The notes under the pieces: model-generated
Told to the model about the DNA's origin: nothing
What the model saw: only the letters and a program-made list of their open reading frames with translations
Database searches by the model: none
IMG/VR virus record: IMGVR_UViG_3300048062_000147
Reading direction: 5' to 3' (one strand)
Source: a virus
Length of the DNA stretch: 53,442 nt
Shown: positions 8,673 to 16,170 of the stretch, in pieces
How the letters are laid out: every line of letters begins with the position of its first letter
Position numbering within the stretch: position 1 is the first letter of the stretch
Program-made: the position numbers and the translations under genes

Positions 8673-10796
8673 TCAACGCTGGATAATCTTGCCCTTTCTG
8701 AAGAACGTCTTGTCTGTATTGTCTTTTTTAACTTTCTTTTTCTTAACTCTTTGTGCTGCCAGAAGCGCTAAACCAGAAGATATAGTAAGGTCATATTGCG
8801 TACGGTTATCTATGCGAAAATTGATCCAGTCTTCCAGCGTTCTGTTGAAGTACATAGGCTGGTAATTTCCGTTATCGTCCATACCTACATACTCGTGGAT
8901 ATAGGACTCTATCGCCTGTGCGTGTGCCTGTATCACATCCTGTGAGTTCGACGGGATTCCCTTGGTCTTTACCGTAACTCTAGCTGTTGACTTCAGATGT
9001 TCAGGGCGGTCCATCAAGTACTCGTCGTAGCCCCGCATCTCGAAGTAGCGTGCTATACCGTACTTGTTGTTCTCTATTAGTATTTTATACCCATAGAATA
9101 CCGCAGCCATCAGCACATCCTCGTAGAAGATCCTAGCCAATGGCGGACGTGATGCATACTCCACTACAAACATATTAGAGGGGTACTCCATATTAAACTT
9201 GTTGTAGAGATGGAAGGCTCCCTTAGAGCCTCTTCCATCGACCGTAGCGTCGAGGTCATAGCTATCCACACCTCCCACGCCTAGCCAATCGTTACCCGGA
9301 GACTTTTTGCCGTGGTCCATAGATACATTGTTACGCATACCCATAGGCGGCATCCAAGATACTCGGAACCTACCGTTGACATCCGGCTTGAAAATTACGC
9401 TACTATCTTGTTTCCCGTCTACCCATACGAAGTTACCCCTGACTACAGGTTGTGGGTAGAGGTCTTGGTTGTATTCTATTTGCTCGTAGATCTTTGAGAT
9501 ATTAAAGAGGCTAGACTTAGTGGAGTCTCTGAAGGCTTCCTCTGCCGTAAAAGGGAACTGGCGTATGCTTTCGTTAAGCTCATTGCTATCACCTGACAAT
9601 CCTTTGCGTTCATTCTTGAGATAGGTTTTAGACCCTATATCTATCTGTTCCCCATCCACACCCATTACAGGTTCTTCAGGGTCATCAACAACGGGATTAC
9701 CATAGATATCAAAGAAGCCTTCCAAGGCTTCGTAGGCGGGGACGAATATACGGTATAGCATACTCTTGGTTCTGCCGTTAGAGTTTCGGTCGTTGGGGTT
9801 GGACATATCCCACAGGTCACGGTAGTTTCTACCGCCCTTATCCAGTGGGTTAACTGTTGATCCGATGATCGCCTTACCGACAAATTTACGCCCTACCATA
9901 AGACAGGTACGCTGGATACGCCAGACCTCTAGAATGTCTTCGGGCTTCTCAAACTTACCGCCCTCATCAATAAACAACAGCTTTAGTTTCTCACCATCGT
10001 ATGCATTGGATGTGGTGTTGCGCCAGTTTACTATTGTGTTCAGAGCCTGCCCCTTGAAGCTGGTCTTGTTGTTCTTGGTGATACGCTTACTAGGCTCACG
10101 GAAGGCGAGCTCAGTTCTGGGATTTGTGGTACCGTCCTGAATAGGTTTGAAGAAGAAAGGGTACTGTCGGTACATCCCCACCACCTTCTTCATAAAAATG
10201 TTCTCCTGTGCGTCCTTACCGGTCTTTGACATAATCCCTATGGTGACATCGTAGGTTGACGTACCTACGTCGTCAACCTTGCTGGCAGCGATGTTAGTGT
10301 ATCCAGAACGGCGACACTTGGTATACAGCTGTCCAGCGCATCTAGGATCTACGATGCACGCTTCCATATGGTAGGAGATATCTCTCTGAAATCGCATATA
10401 ATACCCGTAGAAGCTGGCGTCGATCTTACTCCACTGGAGCATCATATAGTGGGAACCCGTTATATAAGTAGGCTCCCCGTTATTGAAAAACCACAGCCCC
10501 TTTTTACGTCTTTCAAATTCCTGATCGATGTAGGTCTCGTACTTCTTTTTGAACTCTTTGGGCATATCGTACCACTCATCCATACTACGTATTCTGGACA
10601 GCTCGGTGGGCATCTCCTGACGCTCCCATCGCTGCTCACTCTTAGGCTTATCGTGGTATAGGATCTTGTTCTTTGGTGGTACTTTAGGGAGCTGTATAAA
10701 CAGGTCAGAGAGCTCTATCACCTCACCAGATGTATCGTCTGGACAGATGTTGATCACCTTCTCATCGTAACCTTCTATGTCTTTTAGACCTGCCAT
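8673..10796 (-). CDS. terL: Terminase large subunit
   Basis: 707 aa with a Walker-A-like KCRRSGYT, Walker-B LLFIDEGG and a C-terminal nuclease-like acidic motif GGVDSYD. It is adjacent to the portal gene. Confidence 0.9.
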   Translation of the reverse strand: MAGLKDIEGYDEKVINICPDDTSGEVIELSDLFIQLPKVPPKNKILYHDKPKSEQRWERQEMPTELSRIRSMDEWYDMPKEFKKKYETYIDQEFERRKKGLWFFNNGEPTYITGSHYMMLQWSKIDASFYGYYMRFQRDISYHMEACIVDPRCAGQLYTKCRRSGYTNIAASKVDDVGTSTYDVTIGIMSKTGKDAQENIFMKKVVGMYRQYPFFFKPIQDGTTNPRTELAFREPSKRITKNNKTSFKGQALNTIVNWRNTTSNAYDGEKLKLLFIDEGGKFEKPEDILEVWRIQRTCLMVGRKFVGKAIIGSTVNPLDKGGRNYRDLWDMSNPNDRNSNGRTKSMLYRIFVPAYEALEGFFDIYGNPVVDDPEEPVMGVDGEQIDIGSKTYLKNERKGLSGDSNELNESIRQFPFTAEEAFRDSTKSSLFNISKIYEQIEYNQDLYPQPVVRGNFVWVDGKQDSSVIFKPDVNGRFRVSWMPPMGMRNNVSMDHGKKSPGNDWLGVGGVDSYDLDATVDGRGSKGAFHLYNKFNMEYPSNMFVVEYASRPPLARIFYEDVLMAAVFYGYKILIENNKYGIARYFEMRGYDEYLMDRPEHLKSTARVTVKTKGIPSNSQDVIQAHAQAIESYIHEYVGMDDNGNYQPMYFNRTLEDWINFRIDNRTQYDLTISSGLALLAAQRVKKKKVKKDNTDKTFFRKGKIIQR

Positions 10797-10840
10797 TTAA
10801 ATTATATTTTGTAGCTTTACATTAAATTAACATTGCGACT

Positions 10841-10969
10841 ATGAAGAAAATTATTCTAGTTATCATCGGTATGTTAATGCTTACGTCCTGTGCAACAGGC
10901 TCCCACGTATATACAAATTGTGTGAAAGCAGACTGCGAGATTGCAGCTGTTCACCACCACGTATACTAA
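10841..10969 (+). CDS. Small lipoprotein (42 aa) encoded antisense to the late arm
   Basis: MKKIILVIIGMLMLTSCATGSHVYTNCVKADCEIAAVHHHVY. It has a signal peptide with lipobox LTSC and lies in the gap upstream of terL. Its 3' end overlaps the convergent gene by 4 nt. Confidence 0.5.
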   Translation: MKKIILVIIGMLMLTSCATGSHVYTNCVKADCEIAAVHHHVY

Positions 10970-11262
10970 CGCTGAGCATACCTTTCTGCTAACCCGCCAG
11001 AGAAATCTCTGGCATCCTCAATCCCTCCAGTCTCCTTAAGCTCCTTAATCATTGTTTCGAGCTTCTGGTATTCTGTGATCAACTCTTTAGCATCTAGAGC
11101 TGACTCTTTTATGCTCTTGAGTTCCGCCCTACGACCGGACCCTGTGAGGTCCGAGTCTACGGGCTTTTTGATCTCTTCGGTGATGTTGTGTATGGCTTGA
11201 GCCATAGCATCCAGTAGATCCTCACCAGCCCTTACACTGCTGAACATTTTCTTGCGTCCCAT
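10966..11262 (-). CDS. Hypothetical protein (small terminase subunit possible by position only)
   Basis: 98-aa ORF, the last minus-strand gene upstream of terL (about 170 nt gap holding the plus-strand lipoprotein gene). No motif recognised. Confidence 0.5.
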   Translation of the reverse strand: MGRKKMFSSVRAGEDLLDAMAQAIHNITEEIKKPVDSDLTGSGRRAELKSIKESALDAKELITEYQKLETMIKELKETGGIEDARDFSGGLAERYAQR

Positions 11263-11849
11263 TAGAATCCAGTGGCGTAGATATCATCCATATGTACACG
11301 GTAGAGTATCTGTCCGTCTACCTCCATTTCGTAGTCGGTGTTCTTCATTATCATAACCTTGTCGCCGGATTTCAGCCCTAGCTCCTGCACACGTGGGGAA
11401 TCATACAGCACATACCCGAACTGGTTGTACTTAGGCTTCTTTGTAGATACTACGATGCCTGATTCTGTGACCTCCTCGTCCTTCTGCTCTTCTGGAGTTA
11501 GGAAGATCCAATCTGAGATAAGCTCTACCTCACCAGTGTCCTGACACTTAAAGGCGTAGGCTTGGCAGGCGTGACCGTTATTAGGGTTGAAACGTATGTA
11601 GTAGATGTCGTCCTGTACGATCTGTCCACGCCCGTTACCAGCGATCACTACGTGATGGTGGAAGTAGAGGGTATCGCCAACCTTCACATTGGTCTCATAC
11701 TTCTCTGGGATGGCTACTACTTCAGCCTCCATCTTCCTGTTCTTAAACTCGTTGAATTTTGGGTCGAGATATAGGCTGGTGTCGCCCATCTGTATCTCGT
11801 CATTGAACGCCTTTGGGAGGCGTACAAAGAAGTCGTATATACTACGCAT
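11262..11849 (-). CDS. GroES/Cpn10-like domain protein
   Basis: The C-terminal half (ESGIVVSTKKPKYNQFGYVLYDSPRVQELGLKSGDKVMIMKNTDYEMEVDGQILYRVHMDDIYA) follows the GroES pattern (GGIVL...GEVLAVG...VKVGDxVxF...DILA). The N-terminal half has a weaker second copy (AEVVAIPEKYETNVKVGDTLYF). Confidence 0.45.
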   Translation of the reverse strand: MRSIYDFFVRLPKAFNDEIQMGDTSLYLDPKFNEFKNRKMEAEVVAIPEKYETNVKVGDTLYFHHHVVIAGNGRGQIVQDDIYYIRFNPNNGHACQAYAFKCQDTGEVELISDWIFLTPEEQKDEEVTESGIVVSTKKPKYNQFGYVLYDSPRVQELGLKSGDKVMIMKNTDYEMEVDGQILYRVHMDDIYATGF

Positions 11850-11869
11850 ATGAATTAAATTTAGTTTCC

Positions 11870-12100
11870 TTAAAACTCTAGGTCGTACTCAATAAGTACG
11901 GGAACGTTCTCCACGCTCTTCCAAAGCATCACACCATTCTTAGGATGCTTTATATATACTAGGTATCTTTTTTCTTTGTATTTGTGTAGGTAGGCATCGT
12001 CTAGGATGATGGCGTCTACCTTGGAGTCTCCAGCCTTCTGACCTACATAGTAAGCCATAGCTTTCAGGGGGTCTACCCCAATGATTATTTTACGTATCAT
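11870..12100 (-). CDS. Hypothetical protein
   Basis: 76-aa ORF, compact spacing. Confidence 0.5.
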   Translation of the reverse strand: MIRKIIIGVDPLKAMAYYVGQKAGDSKVDAIILDDAYLHKYKEKRYLVYIKHPKNGVMLWKSVENVPVLIEYDLEF

Positions 12101-12105
12101 TTCGT

Positions 12106-12432
12106 TTAATTTAATTCGTTACCGCCCATACGGTTGATCCAGTAATTAATGTTACCGGGGCTGTCTCGCTGTTCTATCCTGTATGACTCTACCAAGTATG
12201 ATAGTAGGTCATCTAGCTCCTCTTCGCTATCCACGGATATTGAAGATAATAGATTCATATTTACTTCTACCCCCTCGCCATCGTCGGCAAATGCAGCAGT
12301 GTCCATATTCAAGAACCCTACAGCCATAGCCACAAGAACCTCGTCCTCTAGTTCGTATTTTTTAACCACCTCAAGGATCTGGAGCATCAGCTCCTGAATC
12401 TCCTCGATGCAGTCTCTATGACTCTCTTTCAT
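12106..12432 (-). CDS. Hypothetical acidic protein
   Basis: 108-aa ORF, D/E-rich. Confidence 0.55.
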   Translation of the reverse strand: MKESHRDCIEEIQELMLQILEVVKKYELEDEVLVAMAVGFLNMDTAAFADDGEGVEVNMNLLSSISVDSEEELDDLLSYLVESYRIEQRDSPGNINYWINRMGGNELN

Positions 12433-12441
12433 AATGTATGT

Positions 12442-13149
12442 TTAAGATGTAGCTATCTGTAGTAACTCTACACAAGACCCAGCTTCTATAGTGGTACCAC
12501 CTCCAGCTGTAGCAACGTTTACCGTGATGTAATCTGCAGCTTCTAGCTTTTGAGCGTAGAAGAATGAAGTCATATCATCTTGAGCGGTAACCTTGCTTCT
12601 GTACGATTTACAAATCTCTGCCCCGTTTTTCCTTACCTCTATTGTAATATTTGGGTTTGTGGTATTGTTTATAGAAGAAAGGCTTACATCAATTCTATAT
12701 ATGCCGGGGTTATTAACCGCTATTCTAGTGCCCGCCCCTCCGAAGGTGTAGTTAGTGCCGTCGTCCTGTGCAAATGATGCATTAACATCTGCGTTATCGA
12801 CTGTTGCGAAAACCATATCCGCATTGGTACCAGTTGCAAGGGCATTATTAGCAGCTTGTCTTGCAATGATTCTAGGTGGCTCGTCTTTAAATGCAGATGT
12901 ACCTAGCTCACGTTTTACCACATTGTCAGAACCGTTGATAAACAACGCTGTCTGCTCAGAGTTATCTGTTGAAGGGGCTGAGGTAAAGTTTAGTGTTCCG
13001 TCTACCTCTACCGTAGTTGTTGACAGCTTCAGTGCTGATGCGTCTCCGGTTCCGTCCTCTACATCTTTAGTGGTTGAGGTAAGCCCACCTTCCACGTGAA
13101 GGAGGTTCCCGAACTTATCTTTTATCTTTTGTCCTGAGAGCGTGCTCAT
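12442..13149 (-). CDS. Receptor-binding / tail-fibre-like protein
   Basis: 235 aa with a fibre-like N-terminus (MSTLSGQKIKDKFGNLLHVEGG). The C-terminal beta-rich domain (GIYRIDVSLSS...ITIEVRKNG) resembles jelly-roll head domains. Confidence 0.45.
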   Translation of the reverse strand: MSTLSGQKIKDKFGNLLHVEGGLTSTTKDVEDGTGDASALKLSTTTVEVDGTLNFTSAPSTDNSEQTALFINGSDNVVKRELGTSAFKDEPPRIIARQAANNALATGTNADMVFATVDNADVNASFAQDDGTNYTFGGAGTRIAVNNPGIYRIDVSLSSINNTTNPNITIEVRKNGAEICKSYRSKVTAQDDMTSFFYAQKLEAADYITVNVATAGGGTTIEAGSCVELLQIATS

Positions 13150-13155
13150 AAATAT

Positions 13156-13163
13156 TAATTTTG
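13156..13163 (+). promoter_or_regulatory. -7 box TAATTTTG for the plus-strand gene 13188..13664
   Basis: Perfect TAnnTTTG, 24 nt upstream of ATG 13188. Confidence 0.45.
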
Positions 13164-13165
13164 TA

Positions 13166-13173
13166 CAAAGATA
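13166..13173 (-). promoter_or_regulatory. -7 box TATCTTTG for the minus-strand gene 12442..13149
   Basis: Perfect TAnnTTTG on the minus strand, 16 nt upstream of ATG 13149. It is back-to-back with the plus-strand box, 2 nt away. Confidence 0.45.
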
Positions 13174-13187
13174 TTAAATTCAATGTT

Positions 13188-13664
13188 ATGCCTAAGAGCG
13201 AGGTGTCTAGGAAGAAGATGTATCGAGACTTCTCCGTTATCAAAGACAGATACATAAAATCCAACGACCTGAAGTACCTGAATCTAGCCCTACGTGATAT
13301 GGCTAAGAACTACAATATATCCGAGGCGGAGATCCGGTTTATGGTATTCATATATGATCTAGAGTTCTTCACCATAGACTACGCATCGAAGGCTTACTTC
13401 TATAGTAAGCGGAAGATGTGGCAACGACTCATCCAGCCCCTCAAGGCGAAGGGCTACATATATAAGCACTTCGACAGGCTCTCTGGATCTGAGACTATGG
13501 AGGAGTATATGTTTCGTGAAGAAACAAAGTACAGCTACCGTGTTAGGTATGCGCTATCGCAGAACGGCAGGCTGATGGTCAGCAAGTTTTATAGAAAGAT
13601 GGCTGGGGAGGAGCAAATAAACGTACCTGTAGATCCCAGAGCCAAAGGAGGCACCAAGCTGTAA
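13188..13664 (+). CDS. Winged-helix-like DNA-binding protein candidate
   Basis: I place the start at ATG 13188 (MPKSEV...). The protein is basic, and a segment (YALSQNGRLMVSKFY) resembles a wHTH recognition helix and wing. Its orientation is opposite to the surrounding late arm. Confidence 0.45.
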   Translation: MPKSEVSRKKMYRDFSVIKDRYIKSNDLKYLNLALRDMAKNYNISEAEIRFMVFIYDLEFFTIDYASKAYFYSKRKMWQRLIQPLKAKGYIYKHFDRLSGSETMEEYMFREETKYSYRVRYALSQNGRLMVSKFYRKMAGEEQINVPVDPRAKGGTKL

Positions 13665-13883
13665 TTACTTACTATGCTGGGTGATCACTTTGAACGGAGC
13701 TTTTAGTGAAGCTCCTTCGTGGGGAACGAATTTCCCCTCGTGAGGCATAAGATAGAAACGACCCTTTACATCCATCCAGTGGTATCCCTTTGGGGCTTCG
13801 ATCATAACCTTCTTGTCTGACTTGCCGCCTTCCTTATACTGCTTCTTTTTAGATGATGCGTAGGAATTTTTTTTAGCTCTCAT
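13665..13883 (-). CDS. Hypothetical basic protein
   Basis: 72-aa ORF with its own TAnnTTTG box. It is convergent with 13188..13664. Confidence 0.5.
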   Translation of the reverse strand: MRAKKNSYASSKKKQYKEGGKSDKKVMIEAPKGYHWMDVKGRFYLMPHEGKFVPHEGASLKAPFKVITQHSK

Positions 13884-13905
13884 AATGCTGATATAGAATA
13901 AGTTA

Positions 13906-13913
13906 CAAATATA
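13906..13913 (-). promoter_or_regulatory. -7 box TATATTTG
   Basis: Perfect TAnnTTTG on the minus strand, 22 nt upstream of ATG 13883. Confidence 0.4.
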
Positions 13914-13992
13914 CTGTAATTTTTTTTCACATTTTTTTTGGTTGGTATGATTTTATTTGTTTATCATTGTATCAGAATCAAACTTTAATACT

Positions 13993-14334
13993 ATGAGAAA
14001 ATTAATGATCATTTTGGCAGTGTGCTTGGGGAGTCAAGCAATTGCACAGCAACTACCGGAAGAACTTCAAGGCTTAGGCATTGAGTTGGACCACGTCAAC
14101 GAAACAAAATTCGGACTACACGAATGCTACGAATTCTACGGACACATCGACAGCATCTACGCTATTTACGATATCGTAGCGGATATGTCTACAATTGGAG
14201 CTCCATTCCTGTTCGAGACTGATGATGAAGAGGTATTCGAATTCGAACGCCCCGGACTCAGTGGTATAGTGTGTATCAATAAATACGTCGATCGATTAGC
14301 GATCATCTACACAAGGCATCCTGAAGAGCTATAA
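13993..14334 (+). CDS. Secreted protein (signal peptide), unknown function
   Basis: I place the start at ATG 13993 (MRKLMIILAVCLGSQAIAQQ...), a classic signal peptide. The gene is followed by a strong bidirectional terminator. Confidence 0.6.
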   Translation: MRKLMIILAVCLGSQAIAQQLPEELQGLGIELDHVNETKFGLHECYEFYGHIDSIYAIYDIVADMSTIGAPFLFETDDEEVFEFERPGLSGIVCINKYVDRLAIIYTRHPEEL

Positions 14335-14370
14335 AAAGAAAGCCCCCTCAAACGAGGGGGCTTTTTTATT
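14330..14370. terminator. Bidirectional intrinsic terminator
   Basis: Hairpin GCCCCCTC-AAAC-GAGGGGGC at 14341-14360, flanked by an A-run upstream and T6 downstream. It lies between convergent genes. Confidence 0.8.
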
Positions 14371-14386
14371 TCAGTAGAGTTTAGAT

Positions 14387-15358
14387 TTAGTATTCAAACT
14401 CAATCTCATTTCTCTTGCTCTCGTAATCTGCGAAGCCTTTAGAGTCAGTTAAATCACTAGCTAGGCGGCGCAACTTCTTGCGGTCGTTAGTAATCGCAGC
14501 GATCTCAGCTTTAAGATCCTGAGCCTTCTTGCTGTTTTTACCAAGCTTTCCAAACTTACCATACTCACTCTTTAAGTTACTGAGTGTTTCGTTAACTGCT
14601 TTAATATCCGCTTGATAAGCTTTCACCCCTGCATCGTACTCAGAGCTAGGCTTGGATTCCTTCTTAGGCTTTGCGGCACTACGATCTTTTGGAGCTCCTA
14701 GCTCAGCGAACTCTGATAGCTTATCTTCAGAGAATTGACCTGAAGATGTACCGTCAGGTAACAAAACAGTTCTACGGCTTCCTTTAAAACCTCTTTTAGG
14801 ATCACCAGTCTCTTTCTGCATACGTTTTACCTCTGCGGATTGCTCAGGAGTTAATTGCTCCATAGTGACGCCTTCATCAGTTTTTGATATCATAGAAGGC
14901 TCAACCTCTACCAATCCTGTTCCAAGTCTTAGATTCTCAAAATCTTTACTGTGCATATTGCGTGCAGAAGGGGTTCCCTCAGTAACACCTTGCGGGTAAA
15001 ACATAAAATTACCGCTGGTAAGCATTGTCCGAAGGTTACCCATATTACCCCTAGCTAATTCTGTGTGAGCTTTCTCTCTAAACTGTTCTGCTTCTTCCCC
15101 TTTCTCAATGACTCCTCTTCTTATGTTGTAGTCGATAAGGAAGTCTACTTTATCCATAGCTTTGTTCAAGGAGTTGCCTTTCCATTGTAAAGTTTTAACC
15201 AATCCTTCCTTGCCTGTAGCCTTGTCATCAACAACAGTTACTGTATCGAATGTTCCGCCTTTCTTTGGTGGATCTGTTTCTCCGCCATCCTTATAGGTCT
15301 TCATCGCTTTAACCAGTGCGCCATATTCAGCGTACAACGATTTCTTTTTTGTCTTCAT
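14387..15358 (-). CDS. Hypothetical protein, K/E-rich
   Basis: 323-aa ORF. No motif recognised. Confidence 0.6.
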   Translation of the reverse strand: MKTKKKSLYAEYGALVKAMKTYKDGGETDPPKKGGTFDTVTVVDDKATGKEGLVKTLQWKGNSLNKAMDKVDFLIDYNIRRGVIEKGEEAEQFREKAHTELARGNMGNLRTMLTSGNFMFYPQGVTEGTPSARNMHSKDFENLRLGTGLVEVEPSMISKTDEGVTMEQLTPEQSAEVKRMQKETGDPKRGFKGSRRTVLLPDGTSSGQFSEDKLSEFAELGAPKDRSAAKPKKESKPSSEYDAGVKAYQADIKAVNETLSNLKSEYGKFGKLGKNSKKAQDLKAEIAAITNDRKKLRRLASDLTDSKGFADYESKRNEIEFEY

Positions 15359-15407
15359 ACTTCTCTTTATTGTATATACTTGAGTATTAGTTTTACACTT
15401 GTAGATG

Positions 15408-15415
15408 CAAAGATA
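15408..15415 (-). promoter_or_regulatory. -7 box TATCTTTG
   Basis: Perfect TAnnTTTG on the minus strand, 49 nt upstream of ATG 15358. Confidence 0.35.
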
Positions 15416-15432
15416 GTTATTTATTGTATTGA

Positions 15433-16143
15433 TTATTTCTTTAAGGCTGCCTTCACAGCCATCTGTGCTACACGAGAAACGCCTGAGAAAAAATCTTCGT
15501 CCATAACGTCGCTAACCTTATCCGCTTGGTCGTCATCTTCGTCGTTAGCTTGGTCGTCACCTTCATAGTAATCGCTCTCCATAAAAGACGCTGTGGAATC
15601 TTCAAACAGATCGTAGTCTGTGGACGCACCACCTGCGTGGTGGTACTTACCCCAGAAGTCTTTAGCGGTGATGTCGCCGCTGGCATACTTGCCGAGGTCT
15701 GCACTAGGATGCTGCAGGTACTTTCCAATAAACAATACCTTCTGCTGTTCAGCTGTTAGTTTAGAAGCGTCTAGTGTTTTTTGCTTGTAGGCTTCTTCTA
15801 GCCAATCAGGAATAGGTATGTTATTATCCTTGAGCTCTCTGTAGGTTCTATTCACTGAAGTTATGCCGTCGGCTTTCTCACCAGCCTCAAACATAAACAG
15901 CCCCTTGCCTACACCTTGAGGTACTAAGTTCCCCTCGGCATCTTCTATCAATTGTACAGCACTAGATTTCATACGCTGACGTGGACCTGTTTCGTGATAT
16001 GCGATGATATCCATTAGCTGTTCGTACTGCTGGGGTGTTCCACCTTTCTTAGAGATCAGGTGATTCATCATAGCATCGTACCCACTACCATTATTCTTTT
16101 TGGTCTTGATAGGATTGTTGTTTGCCTTCTTCTTTATTATCAT
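15433..16143 (-). CDS. Lytic transglycosylase (SLT/lysozyme-like) protein, probably virion-associated
   Basis: I place the start at ATG 16143 (MIIKKK...). It has a catalytic-Glu context IAYHETG followed by GVGKGLFMFE, as in SLT-family murein hydrolases. It is the first gene of the late arm. Confidence 0.55.
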   Translation of the reverse strand: MIIKKKANNNPIKTKKNNGSGYDAMMNHLISKKGGTPQQYEQLMDIIAYHETGPRQRMKSSAVQLIEDAEGNLVPQGVGKGLFMFEAGEKADGITSVNRTYRELKDNNIPIPDWLEEAYKQKTLDASKLTAEQQKVLFIGKYLQHPSADLGKYASGDITAKDFWGKYHHAGGASTDYDLFEDSTASFMESDYYEGDDQANDEDDDQADKVSDVMDEDFFSGVSRVAQMAVKAALKK

Positions 16144-16147
16144 AGTG

Positions 16148-16155
16148 CAAAGGTA
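16148..16155 (-). promoter_or_regulatory. -7 box TACCTTTG, only 4 nt from ATG (TTTGCACTATG module)
   Basis: Perfect TAnnTTTG. The same 11-mer TTTGCACTATG recurs at 45241-45251 ahead of gene 44284..45243. Confidence 0.4.
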
Positions 16156-16170
16156 CAGAATTGAACACAT

